This document shows positions 17,412 through 26,391 of a stretch of 64,000 nucleotides of DNA, piece after piece. The position numbers were made by a program, and so were the translations under genes. Each line of letters begins with the position of its first letter. The stretch's first letter is position 1. The stretch comes from an uncultured Acidimicrobiaceae bacterium. GTDB taxonomy: Bacteria > Actinomycetota > Acidimicrobiia > Acidimicrobiales > RAAP-2. Below the pieces are notes generated by a model. The model did no database searches. It worked only from the letters and a program-made list of their open reading frames with translations, and was not told the origin of the DNA. The stretch covers positions 439 to 64,438 of the forward strand of contig CAVWBB010000026.1 in assembly GCA_963753115.1 (NCBI GenBank), given 5' to 3'.

Positions 17412-19751
17412 GTGACGAACGCGCGCGCACTGGCGACACGATGCATCCTGGCGAGCATCTCCGTGACGGGAATGTGCATCGTTGTCGGCGCGGCTGCCGC
17501 TCCGAGCGCGTCGGCGGCCGCCCCCCTCACGTTGACCGAGACGTGGAATCCTGCCGCCGTCCACCCCGGTGTCGTCCTCAACGACGCGCCGTGCGGCGTC
17601 GTGCAGGCCTCGCCGGTCGCCTTCAACGACGGCGGCACACCCGCCGTGGAGGTCGGCGACCGCCAGGGCAACCTCTACGGGCTCAACCTGCAGGACGGTT
17701 CCGTCGCGCCGGGGTGGGGCAGCGGGAGCGGGAGCACCGTCGGCCCGGCCGACGGGTGCGTGTCCAACCCTGCCGGTGGGACTCCCGCGGTGGGGATCGA
17801 CGGCGTGCAGATCCCCGGCAGCCCGCCGGTCGACTCGACCGCCTCGCTCACGGGTAACGGCAACCTGTACTTCGGCGCCGGGAACGCGGCCTCACCGGTC
17901 GACGGCGGCTACTACGCATACGCTCCGAACGGCTCCGAGCTGTGGAACCAGGTCGTGACCAACCCGCCCACTGACTCCGCGCCCGACGGGGGCGTCCAGG
18001 CGTCGCTCCCGGTTGCGGACGGTGGATCACTGGTCGAAGGAGGCTCACTCGGCCAGATGACGTACGGGCTCAGCGCGGCGACCGGCGCCCCGGCCCGCGG
18101 GTGGCCGCAGTTCTCCGCCGACAGCGTGTTCTCCACTGCGGCGACGGGCGACTTCTACGGCACGGGATCGGACGACTTCGCGGTCGGCGGCGCGTCGTCG
18201 GCGGGCTTCGCTCTCGGGACCCACTACGCCAACGGTGGGCACGTCCGCATCTACAACGACCACGGCGGCGTGGTCTGCAGTGCGAACACCGACGAGGAGG
18301 TCGACTCCTCGCCCGCCGTCGGGCCCATCCTGCCCGGCGGTGCCTATGGGATCGCCACCGGTACCGGCAGCTTCTTCCCCGGCGCCAGCGACGAGAACAC
18401 GGTGAAGGTGTACAACACGAAGTGCAGCCAGGTGTGGAGCCAGACGCTCGACGGCACCACGGGAGGCAGCCCGGCTCTGGCGAACATCCAGGGGAACGGC
18501 CAGCTCGCCGTGGTCGAAGGCACGGTCAAGGGTCAGGCGAGCGGCTCGGTCTGGGCCCTCAACGCGGCGACCGGTTCGGTGATCTGGAAGACCTCCCTCC
18601 CCGGCGCGGTCTACGGTTCCGTGACCACCGCCGACCTGAACGGGAGCGGCGCGCAGGACGTGATCGTGCCGACCGACCAGGGTCTCTACGTCCTCGATGG
18701 CCCGACCGGTCAGGTCGTCGCCACCGTCGACGTCGGTGGGAGCGGGACCTATGGCTTCCAGAACGCGGCTCTCGTGACAGCGGACGCCAACGGGTCGATC
18801 GGGATCACGGTGGCCGGCTACTTCGCCGTGCAAAACGGCAATTACGTGCAGGGCATCGTCCAGCACTTCGAGGTGACGGGCTCGAATGCTGGCAACGCCG
18901 ACGCAGCCGGCGGCTGGCCGCAGTTCCACCACGACGCCTCCCTGTCCGGATTCGTCGGGGGTGGCGCTGCGCTCGGGACCTGCGACCGTCCCGCCGCGGC
19001 GCAGAACGGCTATCTGACCGTGGCCTCCGACGGCGGGATCTTCGCCTTCGGGCAGGACTTCTGCGGGAGCACCGGGAGCATGGCGCTGAACAAGCCCGTG
19101 GTCGGCATGGCGGCCACGCCCGGACAGGGCGGCTACTGGCTGGTGGCGTCGGACGGCGGGGTGTTCTCGTACGGCGACGCCGGGTTCTTCGGCTCGACCG
19201 GGTCTCTCGTCCTCAACAAGCCCGTCGTGGGAATGGCGGCCACCCCTGACGGGCGGGGCTACTGGTTGGTCGCCTCAGATGGCGGAATCTTCTCCTACGG
19301 CGATGCCGGCTTCTACGGGTCGGCGGCAAGCGTTCCCGGACAGGTCATCGTCGGGATGGCGGCGACCCCGGACGGCCTCGGCTACTGGGAGGTGAGCACG
19401 ACCGGCAGGGTCTTCACCTTCGGAGACGCCACGCCGGCGGGCGACATCCCCTCTCTGGGCCTCCATCTCAACGGGTTCATCGTGGGCATCACTCCGGATC
19501 CGGTCACCGGCGGCTACTGGCTGGTCGGCTCGGATGGCGGCATCTTCTCCTTCGGGGCGCCGTTCTTCGGCTCCACCGGCTCCATCCACCTCAACCAGCC
19601 GGTCGTCGCGATGCAGTCCACCGGTGACGGGCAGGGCTACTGGTTCGTGGCCTCGGACGGCGGCATCTTCTCCTATGGCGATGCGCCGTTCCGCGGCTCA
19701 ATGGGCGGGCAGCACCTCAACAGGCCGATGGTCGGCATGGAGGGCTTCTGA
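17412..19751 (+). CDS. secreted PQQ/FG-GAP-like beta-propeller protein with the same C-terminal ~39-aa repeat array
   Basis: Signal peptide (ILASISVTGMCIVVGAAAAPSASA). FG-GAP-like DFYGTGSDDFAVGG and DLNGSGAQDVIVP. WPQFHHDASLSG as in PQQ-like propellers. The C-terminal 248 aa are repeats. Confidence 0.75.
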   Translation: MTNARALATRCILASISVTGMCIVVGAAAAPSASAAAPLTLTETWNPAAVHPGVVLNDAPCGVVQASPVAFNDGGTPAVEVGDRQGNLYGLNLQDGSVAPGWGSGSGSTVGPADGCVSNPAGGTPAVGIDGVQIPGSPPVDSTASLTGNGNLYFGAGNAASPVDGGYYAYAPNGSELWNQVVTNPPTDSAPDGGVQASLPVADGGSLVEGGSLGQMTYGLSAATGAPARGWPQFSADSVFSTAATGDFYGTGSDDFAVGGASSAGFALGTHYANGGHVRIYNDHGGVVCSANTDEEVDSSPAVGPILPGGAYGIATGTGSFFPGASDENTVKVYNTKCSQVWSQTLDGTTGGSPALANIQGNGQLAVVEGTVKGQASGSVWALNAATGSVIWKTSLPGAVYGSVTTADLNGSGAQDVIVPTDQGLYVLDGPTGQVVATVDVGGSGTYGFQNAALVTADANGSIGITVAGYFAVQNGNYVQGIVQHFEVTGSNAGNADAAGGWPQFHHDASLSGFVGGGAALGTCDRPAAAQNGYLTVASDGGIFAFGQDFCGSTGSMALNKPVVGMAATPGQGGYWLVASDGGVFSYGDAGFFGSTGSLVLNKPVVGMAATPDGRGYWLVASDGGIFSYGDAGFYGSAASVPGQVIVGMAATPDGLGYWEVSTTGRVFTFGDATPAGDIPSLGLHLNGFIVGITPDPVTGGYWLVGSDGGIFSFGAPFFGSTGSIHLNQPVVAMQSTGDGQGYWFVASDGGIFSYGDAPFRGSMGGQHLNRPMVGMEGF
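19005..19748 (+). repeat. coding repeat array (6 units of ~39-40 aa), same family as 10751-11521
   Basis: Units such as GGYWLVASDGGVFSYGDAGFFGSTGSLVLNKPVVGMAATPD are repeated with high identity. Confidence 0.85.
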
Positions 19752-19815
19752 CGGCGACGGTCGCCCGCCCTGCGCTCCCGGGAGTGCGCGGACGCCTCGC
19801 CTAGAGTGACGCCCC

Positions 19816-20721
19816 ATGTTCCGGCGACGTGAAACCGAGAGCGGTTCTTCTGGCCCGGCGGGGCCTCCAGCCGCCCTTCCGGCTCGTGGCCCCCTCCTCC
19901 CGTCCTACCCACCGCGCGACTACTTGGGCCAGCTCGAACCGGCCTACCAAGCCGCATTGTCGGATCGGCGCGCCGATGCGGACCTCTCGGATTTCGTCTG
20001 GTACCACGCCACCGAGCTTCCCGACGGCACGGTCCTGCCGGGCGTCTGGGACCTGCGGGGGCACGAGTCGACCTACCTGGGCGGTGTGGATCTGGCAGGG
20101 AAACGCGTGCTGGAGCTCGGACCGGCCACGGGTTACCTCACCTTCTACATGGAGCGCATGGGGGCCGAGGTGGTCTCCTTCGAAGCCGGGCTCGACGTGC
20201 CCATCGACACGCTCCCCGTCAAGGGGCAGGACCAGCCCGACGAGCGCATGCGCGTCATGCAGGAGACCATCGACCGCAACCACGACGGCTGGTGGTACCT
20301 GCACCGCGCCCTCGGCTCGTCGGCCCGCTTCGTGCAGGGGAACATCTACGACATGCCGGCCGACCTCGGGACCTTCGACATCACCGTGGTGGGCGCCATC
20401 CTGCTGCACCTGCGTGAGCCGTGGGGCGCCCTCTCACAAGCGGCACGCCGCACGAGCGAAGCGATGATCGTCACCGAGCCGCTCCAGGACGACCTGGACC
20501 CACCCGAGACCAACATCATGCGCTTCTCCCCCTCCGCCGAGCACCACCTGACCAACTGGTGGTCGATCTATCCCGGAGCGGTCGTCTCCATGCTGGCCCG
20601 CCTCGGCTTCGGGCAGACCGTCACGACGATGCACAGCCAGCGGCACCACCTGGCCCACGACCTCGGAGCCGACGCCATCGACCAACCGATGTACACCGTC
20701 GTGGGGCGCCCCGTCTCCTGA
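19816..20721 (+). CDS. class I SAM-dependent methyltransferase
   Basis: RVLELGPATGYLTFYMERMGAEVVSFE (motif I plus acidic loop) and FDITVVGAILLHLREP (motif III/IV). Confidence 0.7.
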   Translation: MFRRRETESGSSGPAGPPAALPARGPLLPSYPPRDYLGQLEPAYQAALSDRRADADLSDFVWYHATELPDGTVLPGVWDLRGHESTYLGGVDLAGKRVLELGPATGYLTFYMERMGAEVVSFEAGLDVPIDTLPVKGQDQPDERMRVMQETIDRNHDGWWYLHRALGSSARFVQGNIYDMPADLGTFDITVVGAILLHLREPWGALSQAARRTSEAMIVTEPLQDDLDPPETNIMRFSPSAEHHLTNWWSIYPGAVVSMLARLGFGQTVTTMHSQRHHLAHDLGADAIDQPMYTVVGRPVS

Positions 20722-20742
20722 TTCGAGTCGGTCGCGCCCGCG

Positions 20743-21949
20743 TCAGAACAAGCCGGGTGTGCCTCTCCCCCGCTCGACCACGGTGGTGAGGAACTCGTCG
20801 TAGCGCGCCACGAGCACCGGCCATCGGAAATGCCGATCGACGAAGGCGCGTCCTCGCCTCCCGAGCTCCACCGCGCAGCGGGGCGTCCGACACAAGCCGG
20901 TCGAGCACCCCTTCGAACTCAGGGTAGGAGGTGAACCACAGGCCGCCGCCCGAGCGCTCGCAATGCTCGCGGGTCGGCCCGCAGGAGCCGTTGACGAGGA
21001 CCGGCAGCTGCTCGACCCAGGCCTCGATCACGACGAGCGAGAACGACTCGAGTGCGGACGGCGAGATCGCCACCAGCGCGTCGCGCATGATGTCCCATTT
21101 GTCGGCCTCGTCCACCGCTCCGGTCACGATGATGTCAGGATGCGGTGGGAGGTCCACCGACACGGGCCCGACCAGGACGAGTGCGAGCGGTCCGGGGTGT
21201 CGCTCCTTGTAGGTCGCGAAGTAGGACGCCAACATCTTGGAGCCCTTGTGCTCGTCGACCCGTCCGACGCTGACGAGGTAGGGGCGCTCGCCCAGCCCAA
21301 CGATCTCCGCACCGGGGCGGCCGGCGGCCTCGGAGTCACCCACCCCGAGCCCGAGCACGATCTGGGGGCGCTCCGCCACCTGGTACATCCGCTCGACGAG
21401 CGCGCGTTCCGAAGCCGTGTAGAAGCAGAACGCATCCGCGTCGCCGAAGGTGCCGCGAAAGACCGGCAGGTAGAGGGCGGGTTCGTCGTGCGCCGCCGGG
21501 TGGAACACCGCCGGCACGCGCACCTTGCCGATGGTCGCCACCGTCGGATGGTAGAGATACGGGGACAAGGCAACGACATCGGCGTCCGAGGCGACCACGG
21601 CGTCGACCAGCTGGGGGGAGACGGGGCCGTTGTAGTCGACCCACCGCCTTCCCTGTTCCCTCGTGGCGAGGCGCGGGGCGAGGCGCACGGTCCCATCGAG
21701 CCCGTAGAAGTCCGGGATTCGGCCGTGCGCCGACGAGTGGCGGTGCACGGCCACCCCGTTGATGTCGGTCGTGCCCGGTTCGAGGACGTCGTCCCACGTG
21801 ATGGCGTCGAGCGCGCAGGTCGTGTGGACCTCGGCCCTCCAATCCGTCAACGCGGACAGGTGCTCGGCGAGCTGGCGCACCGCGGTCTCGGCACCGCCCA
21901 TGATCTCCGGGCCGTAGCGCGGCGTGACGAACACGACCTTGCCGCTCAT
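20743..21949 (-). pseudogene. glycosyltransferase (GT-B) with a frameshift near its 3' end
   Basis: N-terminus MSGKVVFVTPRYGPEIMGGAETAV and SALESFSLVVIEAW are GT4-like. After ...RLVSDAPLR (about 20868-20880) the sensible C-terminus VELGRRGRAFVDRHFRWPVLVARYDEFLTTVVERGRGTPGLF* continues in another frame and stops at 20743. The in-frame read-through to 20621 is Arg-rich nonsense. Confidence 0.65.
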
Positions 21950-23028
21950 GGCTCGCCCACCACGGAGGCGATGGCGTCGATGATGCGGACGGCCACGGCG
22001 TCCCCCGAGAGCTCGGCGGCGCGGCGTGTGCCCGAGGCGGTCAACGTGGCGCGGAGCCGGCGATCGGTGCAGGCCCGGTGCAGGGCGGCGGCCACGTAGG
22101 AAGGGTCGGCGGCGGCCAGCACCAGCGCGGCGTCGGCCACCGTGTCCGACACGGCACCGGCGCCACGGGTCACGACGGGGACGCCGGCGGTCATCGCCTC
22201 GACGAGTGGCACCCCGAAACCCTCGTGCGCCGACAACGAGAGGTACACGTCGGCGGCGTCGAAGTAGGCGGCCAGCGCCGCATCCGACACCTCGCCCGGC
22301 AGCCGCACGGCGGCGGACAGGCCGAGGTCGTGGACGAAGTCCTGCAGCGCCTTGGTGTACTCGAAGCTCGAGGTGCCCCCGACCAGGTGCAGGCGGGCCT
22401 TCTCGTCGTAGAGGCGGCGAAAGGCCCACAACGCCTTCACCAACTCGTGCTGGGCCTTGGAGGGGACGATCCGCCCGACGAACAGGATGTCGGCGCCACC
22501 GCCCGCGCGGAGCTCGGCCAGCTGCGCCGCCACCCGGGGGTCGGGGCTCCCGGTGACCCGCCCGTAGTCGGCCAGGACCGGCACGACCTCCGTGCGCCGG
22601 CAACCGGCCCGCCGGAGCTCGTCCCGGCTGAAGGGGCTCTTGGCCAGCCCGAGCAGCGCTTCCGGCGCCAGGAGCGCCAGCTCGTCGGCGGCCGCGGCGG
22701 CACGCGCCACGCTGCGCGGCTCCCAGCCGGCGAAGTACTCAGGGCCCGTGAAGTTGTGAAAGTCCAGGATCAGTGGCAACCCGCGCTCGGCGAGGTAGCC
22801 GGCCACGGCCGAGGAGGTCGTGAACTGGTAGATCGCCACGTCCCCCGGTGCGGCGTGCTCGGGGTACATCCAGTGCTTGTACGCCTCGGGAGCAAGGTCG
22901 TCGTGGATGGCTTCGGCGAAGATGTCCGACCTCCAGCCCGCGGCTCGCAGGGCCTCGCGCAGCTGCAGCGCATGGGTCCCCGTGGCGTCGTGCGGGTTGA
23001 GGGTGGCGATGAACTGGTGCACCGCCAC
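21946..23028 (-). CDS. glycosyltransferase family 4, paralog D
   Basis: VAVHQFIATLNPHDATGTHAL N-terminus aligns with paralogs A-C. HEGFGVPLVEAMTAGVPVV in the C-terminal domain. The stop overlaps the downstream start (ATGA). GTG 23028 chosen by paralog alignment. Confidence 0.8.
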   Translation of the reverse strand: MAVHQFIATLNPHDATGTHALQLREALRAAGWRSDIFAEAIHDDLAPEAYKHWMYPEHAAPGDVAIYQFTTSSAVAGYLAERGLPLILDFHNFTGPEYFAGWEPRSVARAAAAADELALLAPEALLGLAKSPFSRDELRRAGCRRTEVVPVLADYGRVTGSPDPRVAAQLAELRAGGGADILFVGRIVPSKAQHELVKALWAFRRLYDEKARLHLVGGTSSFEYTKALQDFVHDLGLSAAVRLPGEVSDAALAAYFDAADVYLSLSAHEGFGVPLVEAMTAGVPVVTRGAGAVSDTVADAALVLAAADPSYVAAALHRACTDRRLRATLTASGTRRAAELSGDAVAVRIIDAIASVVGEP

Positions 23029-23048
23029 CGGCCTCCCGGCGGCGGCGA

Positions 23049-24059
23049 TCACCGCGGCGGCGGCGCGTACGGCGAGGTGATGGCGGCCCGGACCGCGACC
23101 ACGAGGAAGTCGTCGCCGCCCGGGCCGGCGTGCGCGACGGCCTCGTAGCCATTCTGCTGCAACAAGCTGCACCAGGTGCTCGGGCGCAGCGGGCGGCCGG
23201 CCGCGAGGTCGGCCTCAGGTGGCGCGTCGGCGGACTCCCACGCCTGCATGGTGACGGAGTGGACGACGAGCGTGCCGCCCGGCGCCAACCGGGTGCCGAT
23301 GGCGGCCAGCAATTGGCCGCGTTCGGCCCCCGCCATCCCGTCGACGGTCCCGCTCAGCACGACGGCGCCCAGCCCGGCCGCGGCCACGGCCCGCAGGTGC
23401 TCGCCAACGGACTCACCACGCAGGTCCAGGGTGCCGAGCTCGGCGGCGTCAACCAGACGGGAGCGGGGGTCGACGCCGTAGGCATCGCCGCCGGCCGCCA
23501 CCATGCGCCGGACGAGCCACCCGTCGCCGCACGCGGCATGGAGGATCCGTCCCGGCGCCTTGGCCACGGCCGCCACAGCGGTCTCGACCCACCAGGCGTC
23601 CGGCTGCACCTGGGCCGGGAACTCGATCACGCCGGCGGCGGGGACGCGCTGGCCCTCCACCTGGCGCTCCAGGTCCTGGAGCCGATCGTCGACGATGTGC
23701 AGGGCCCGGCTGACCGCCGACGCCGACTGGCTCATCTGGTGCGTGAGCCACCCGACGTACCAGAGGAGGAGCGAGCGCATGCCCTTCTTGACGACGGCAC
23801 CAGCGGCCCGCTCGGACTCGACCGGGACCACCGGGTCGATGAACGTGGCGGCGTCGACCATGCGCAGCGCATCGCCCAGATCGCCCCCCCGGCCCGCCAC
23901 CGGTGAGTGGGCCAGGAAGAGCTCGTCGAGCTCGCGCTCGAGCTTGGGAGGCAGGTCGCCCGACGCCCGACGCAGTCGGACCTCCTCCGCGATCTCCGCC
24001 ATGACCTGCTCGACGTAGGCCCTCGGGTCTTCGGGCAGCGTCACCTCTGTGTCGCGCAC
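23049..24059 (-). CDS. class I SAM-dependent methyltransferase with N-terminal helical region, paralog 2
   Basis: ILHAACGDGWLV and VVLSGTVDGMAGAERGQLLAAIGTRLAPGGTLVV align with 16303-17304. The N-terminal ~130 aa are helical and charged. Confidence 0.7.
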   Translation of the reverse strand: MRDTEVTLPEDPRAYVEQVMAEIAEEVRLRRASGDLPPKLERELDELFLAHSPVAGRGGDLGDALRMVDAATFIDPVVPVESERAAGAVVKKGMRSLLLWYVGWLTHQMSQSASAVSRALHIVDDRLQDLERQVEGQRVPAAGVIEFPAQVQPDAWWVETAVAAVAKAPGRILHAACGDGWLVRRMVAAGGDAYGVDPRSRLVDAAELGTLDLRGESVGEHLRAVAAAGLGAVVLSGTVDGMAGAERGQLLAAIGTRLAPGGTLVVHSVTMQAWESADAPPEADLAAGRPLRPSTWCSLLQQNGYEAVAHAGPGGDDFLVVAVRAAITSPYAPPPR

Positions 24060-24073
24060 GCCGCCAGCTCCGT

Positions 24074-25357
24074 TCAGTAGGGCTGCGCCATCGCAGCCGA
24101 CGGGTCGAACTCGCTCTCGGTCGAGATGAGGGCTGCATGCACATCCATGCGGAGCGTGCCGGTCATCTTCCCCGGGTTCATGACCTCGAAGGTGCCGGCG
24201 TGCTCCTGCCAGTCGTACAGGATGCCGCCCCGGCTCTGGATACCCAGTGCGAACGAGAAGGAGCCGTCGAGCAGCGGCATCTGGACGATCCCGAAATGCA
24301 TGATGTTCGTGCCTCGCGGAGCCTGGATCTGGACACCGATGATGGAGGTGTCGGTCCGCATGATGCTGTTGCCGTCGTTGTCGCGGATCTCCAGCGAGAA
24401 CACCACGTCCTCCATCGCATGGAGCGCTTCGAACTCCACCCGGATGATCAGGTCGTCACCGCAGCGCATGTAGGGCACCGTGTTGTCACCCGAGTAGATG
24501 CGGTGCACCGAACGGAACCGGACGGGCCGCTCCGTGTCGGGCAGCGCATCGGCGTCGAGGGAGCCCGGCAGTGCCGGCACGGCGATGAGGGTGGGGTCGA
24601 CGATCGACATGCCGGCGCCCTCCGCCATGAGGCGCTCCCGGAAGATGCGCGTCACCTCGCCGGGGTCGCCCTCGGCCACGAGGTGCCCGTGGCTCAGCAC
24701 GATCCCCCGGTCGCAGATGGCACGGATGGAGTCGGCTGCGTGGGTCACGAGGAGGATGGTCCGCCCTTCTCGCTGGAACTGGTTGACCCGGTCGATGCAC
24801 TTGCGCTGGAAGCGCTCGTCCCCCACGGCCAGGACCTCGTCGATCACCAGGACGTCGGGGTCCACGTTGACGGCCACCGCGAACCCGAGGCGCACGGCCA
24901 TGCCGGAGGAGTAGAACTTGACGGGGCCGTCGATGAACTCTTCCAGTTCGGAGAAGTCGACGATGGCATCGAAGGCCTTGTCCACCTCACGCTTGGACAT
25001 CCCCAAGAGGGAGCCGTTGAGGTAGATGTTCTCGCGTCCGGTGAGGTCCTGCTGGAAGCCCGCACCCAGCTCGAGGAGTCCGGCCAGCTTCCCCTGGACC
25101 GCCACCTCGCCCTTCGTGGGCTGCAACACGCCGCAGATGCACTTGAGCAGCGTCGACTTGCCCGAACCGTTGCGCCCGAGGATGCCCACCGTCTCGCCCT
25201 GCCGGACGGTGAGCGAGACGTCGTCGAGTGCCCAGAAGTCCTCGACGGACTTCCGCTTCCCGCCGTGGATCAACCGCTCCTTCAGCGAGTTGTACTGCCC
25301 GTGGGCCAGCCGGAACCGCTTGGAGACGTTGCGGACGTCGACCGCGAAGTCACTCAC
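24074..25357 (-). CDS. polysaccharide ABC exporter ATP-binding protein (Wzt/TagH type) with ~170-aa C-terminal extension
   Basis: Walker A GRNGSGKST, signature YSSGMAVRL and Walker B VLVIDEV. A beta-rich C-terminal domain (VVFSLEIRDNDGN...FSFALGIQS) sits in the position of the Wzt C-terminal carbohydrate-binding domain. Confidence 0.9.
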   Translation of the reverse strand: MSDFAVDVRNVSKRFRLAHGQYNSLKERLIHGGKRKSVEDFWALDDVSLTVRQGETVGILGRNGSGKSTLLKCICGVLQPTKGEVAVQGKLAGLLELGAGFQQDLTGRENIYLNGSLLGMSKREVDKAFDAIVDFSELEEFIDGPVKFYSSGMAVRLGFAVAVNVDPDVLVIDEVLAVGDERFQRKCIDRVNQFQREGRTILLVTHAADSIRAICDRGIVLSHGHLVAEGDPGEVTRIFRERLMAEGAGMSIVDPTLIAVPALPGSLDADALPDTERPVRFRSVHRIYSGDNTVPYMRCGDDLIIRVEFEALHAMEDVVFSLEIRDNDGNSIMRTDTSIIGVQIQAPRGTNIMHFGIVQMPLLDGSFSFALGIQSRGGILYDWQEHAGTFEVMNPGKMTGTLRMDVHAALISTESEFDPSAAMAQPY

Positions 25358-25360
25358 TGC

Positions 25361-26389
25361 TCAAAGTTCCTCGGCGAAGTTGCCCTCGAGCCGACCGAAG
25401 GTGGCGAGAGCGACCAGGAAGAGGACGAGGGCGATGGCGAGGACACCGAGATCGAGCCCGACATACCAGAGCATGCCCTTGGGCGGCAGGACCTTGTACG
25501 TCGTCAACGTGCCGTTGACCACGGCGTACGTCGTCGTGTGCGCATAGATGCACCGCTGGAACGAGAGCACCAGCGGCACCAGGGGGTTGAGGAAGTAGAC
25601 CCACGTCAACCCCTTCGGCCCCAGCTTCTCGCCGATGCTCTGCTGGTAGGGGTAGACGATCGGGCAGGCCCAGAACCAGGCGGTGAGGATGACCTCAATC
25701 AGGTGCTGGGTGTCCCGCAGGTAGACGTTGATCGCCGACAGGAGCACCGCCAGCGCCGAGGCGAGGATGACGCCCGTCACGAGGGCCAGGAGCAGCACGG
25801 GGAGGTAGGCCAGGTCGGGCGCCGCATGCAGGACGATCATGAAGATGACCATCACGACCACCTGGAAGAAGAAGAAGACGCAGGCGGATCCGATCGCCGC
25901 GAGAGCGAGGATCTCGCGGGGGAACGAGACCTTCTTGACGATGCCGGCGTTGTTCACCACGACGCCGGTCCCCGTGAGCACCCCGAGGGAGAAGAGATTC
26001 CAGATCAGGAGCCCGGCGAACAGGAAGATCACGAAGTTCGGCATTTTGTTGCCGAGGATGATCTGGAACACGAAGAAGTAGATGGCCAGCGTCATGGCCG
26101 GCGCCACCATGGACCAGACCAGCCCGAGGACCGAGTTCTTGTACTTGACCTTGATTTCGGTCCGGACGAGATAGATCAGCAGCTCACGGGAGAGCCAGAT
26201 CTCGCGTATGCGCTCGCGGACGTTGGTGGTCGGGGTGACGATGCGGGTGACCGACCCGCGCCTGGAGTCACGCGGGCTGACGCCGGCCGCCTCGGCGGCC
26301 ATGGGCGAGCGGTCCGCCACCCTTCGTTCGACGGCCTCGTCTGATTTCGGATCTGCGCCCGGCGACGTGGCTGGGACGTCCAACGCCAC
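25361..26389 (-). CDS. ABC-2 type polysaccharide exporter permease (Wzm/TagG type)
   Basis: WLSRELLIYLVRTEIKVKYKNSVLGLVWS signature followed by six hydrophobic helices. The start is uncertain (GTG 26389 or ATG near 26302). Confidence 0.85.
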   Translation of the reverse strand: MALDVPATSPGADPKSDEAVERRVADRSPMAAEAAGVSPRDSRRGSVTRIVTPTTNVRERIREIWLSRELLIYLVRTEIKVKYKNSVLGLVWSMVAPAMTLAIYFFVFQIILGNKMPNFVIFLFAGLLIWNLFSLGVLTGTGVVVNNAGIVKKVSFPREILALAAIGSACVFFFFQVVVMVIFMIVLHAAPDLAYLPVLLLALVTGVILASALAVLLSAINVYLRDTQHLIEVILTAWFWACPIVYPYQQSIGEKLGPKGLTWVYFLNPLVPLVLSFQRCIYAHTTTYAVVNGTLTTYKVLPPKGMLWYVGLDLGVLAIALVLFLVALATFGRLEGNFAEEL

Positions 26390-26391
26390 CT

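Noticed and set aside
20621-22603. 660-aa ORF read as a single large glycosyltransferase
   Set aside because: The first ~218 aa are an Arg-rich shadow of GT4 paralog D, which lies in a different frame. The true start, MSGKVVFVTPRYG at 21949, overlaps the upstream stop. The last ~90 aa are frameshift read-through.
24137-26344. 735-aa plus-strand ORF. Similar very long ORFs occur at 9247-10356(-), 11150-12508(+), 15287-17119(+), 18045-18932(-), 22078-23148(+), 41042-42655(+), 49576-51033(+) and 52285-53829(+).
   Set aside because: All are antisense or out of frame to genes with clear family motifs. They are Arg/Gly/Pro/His-rich and have no recognisable motifs. They are typical shadow ORFs of a ~70% GC genome.
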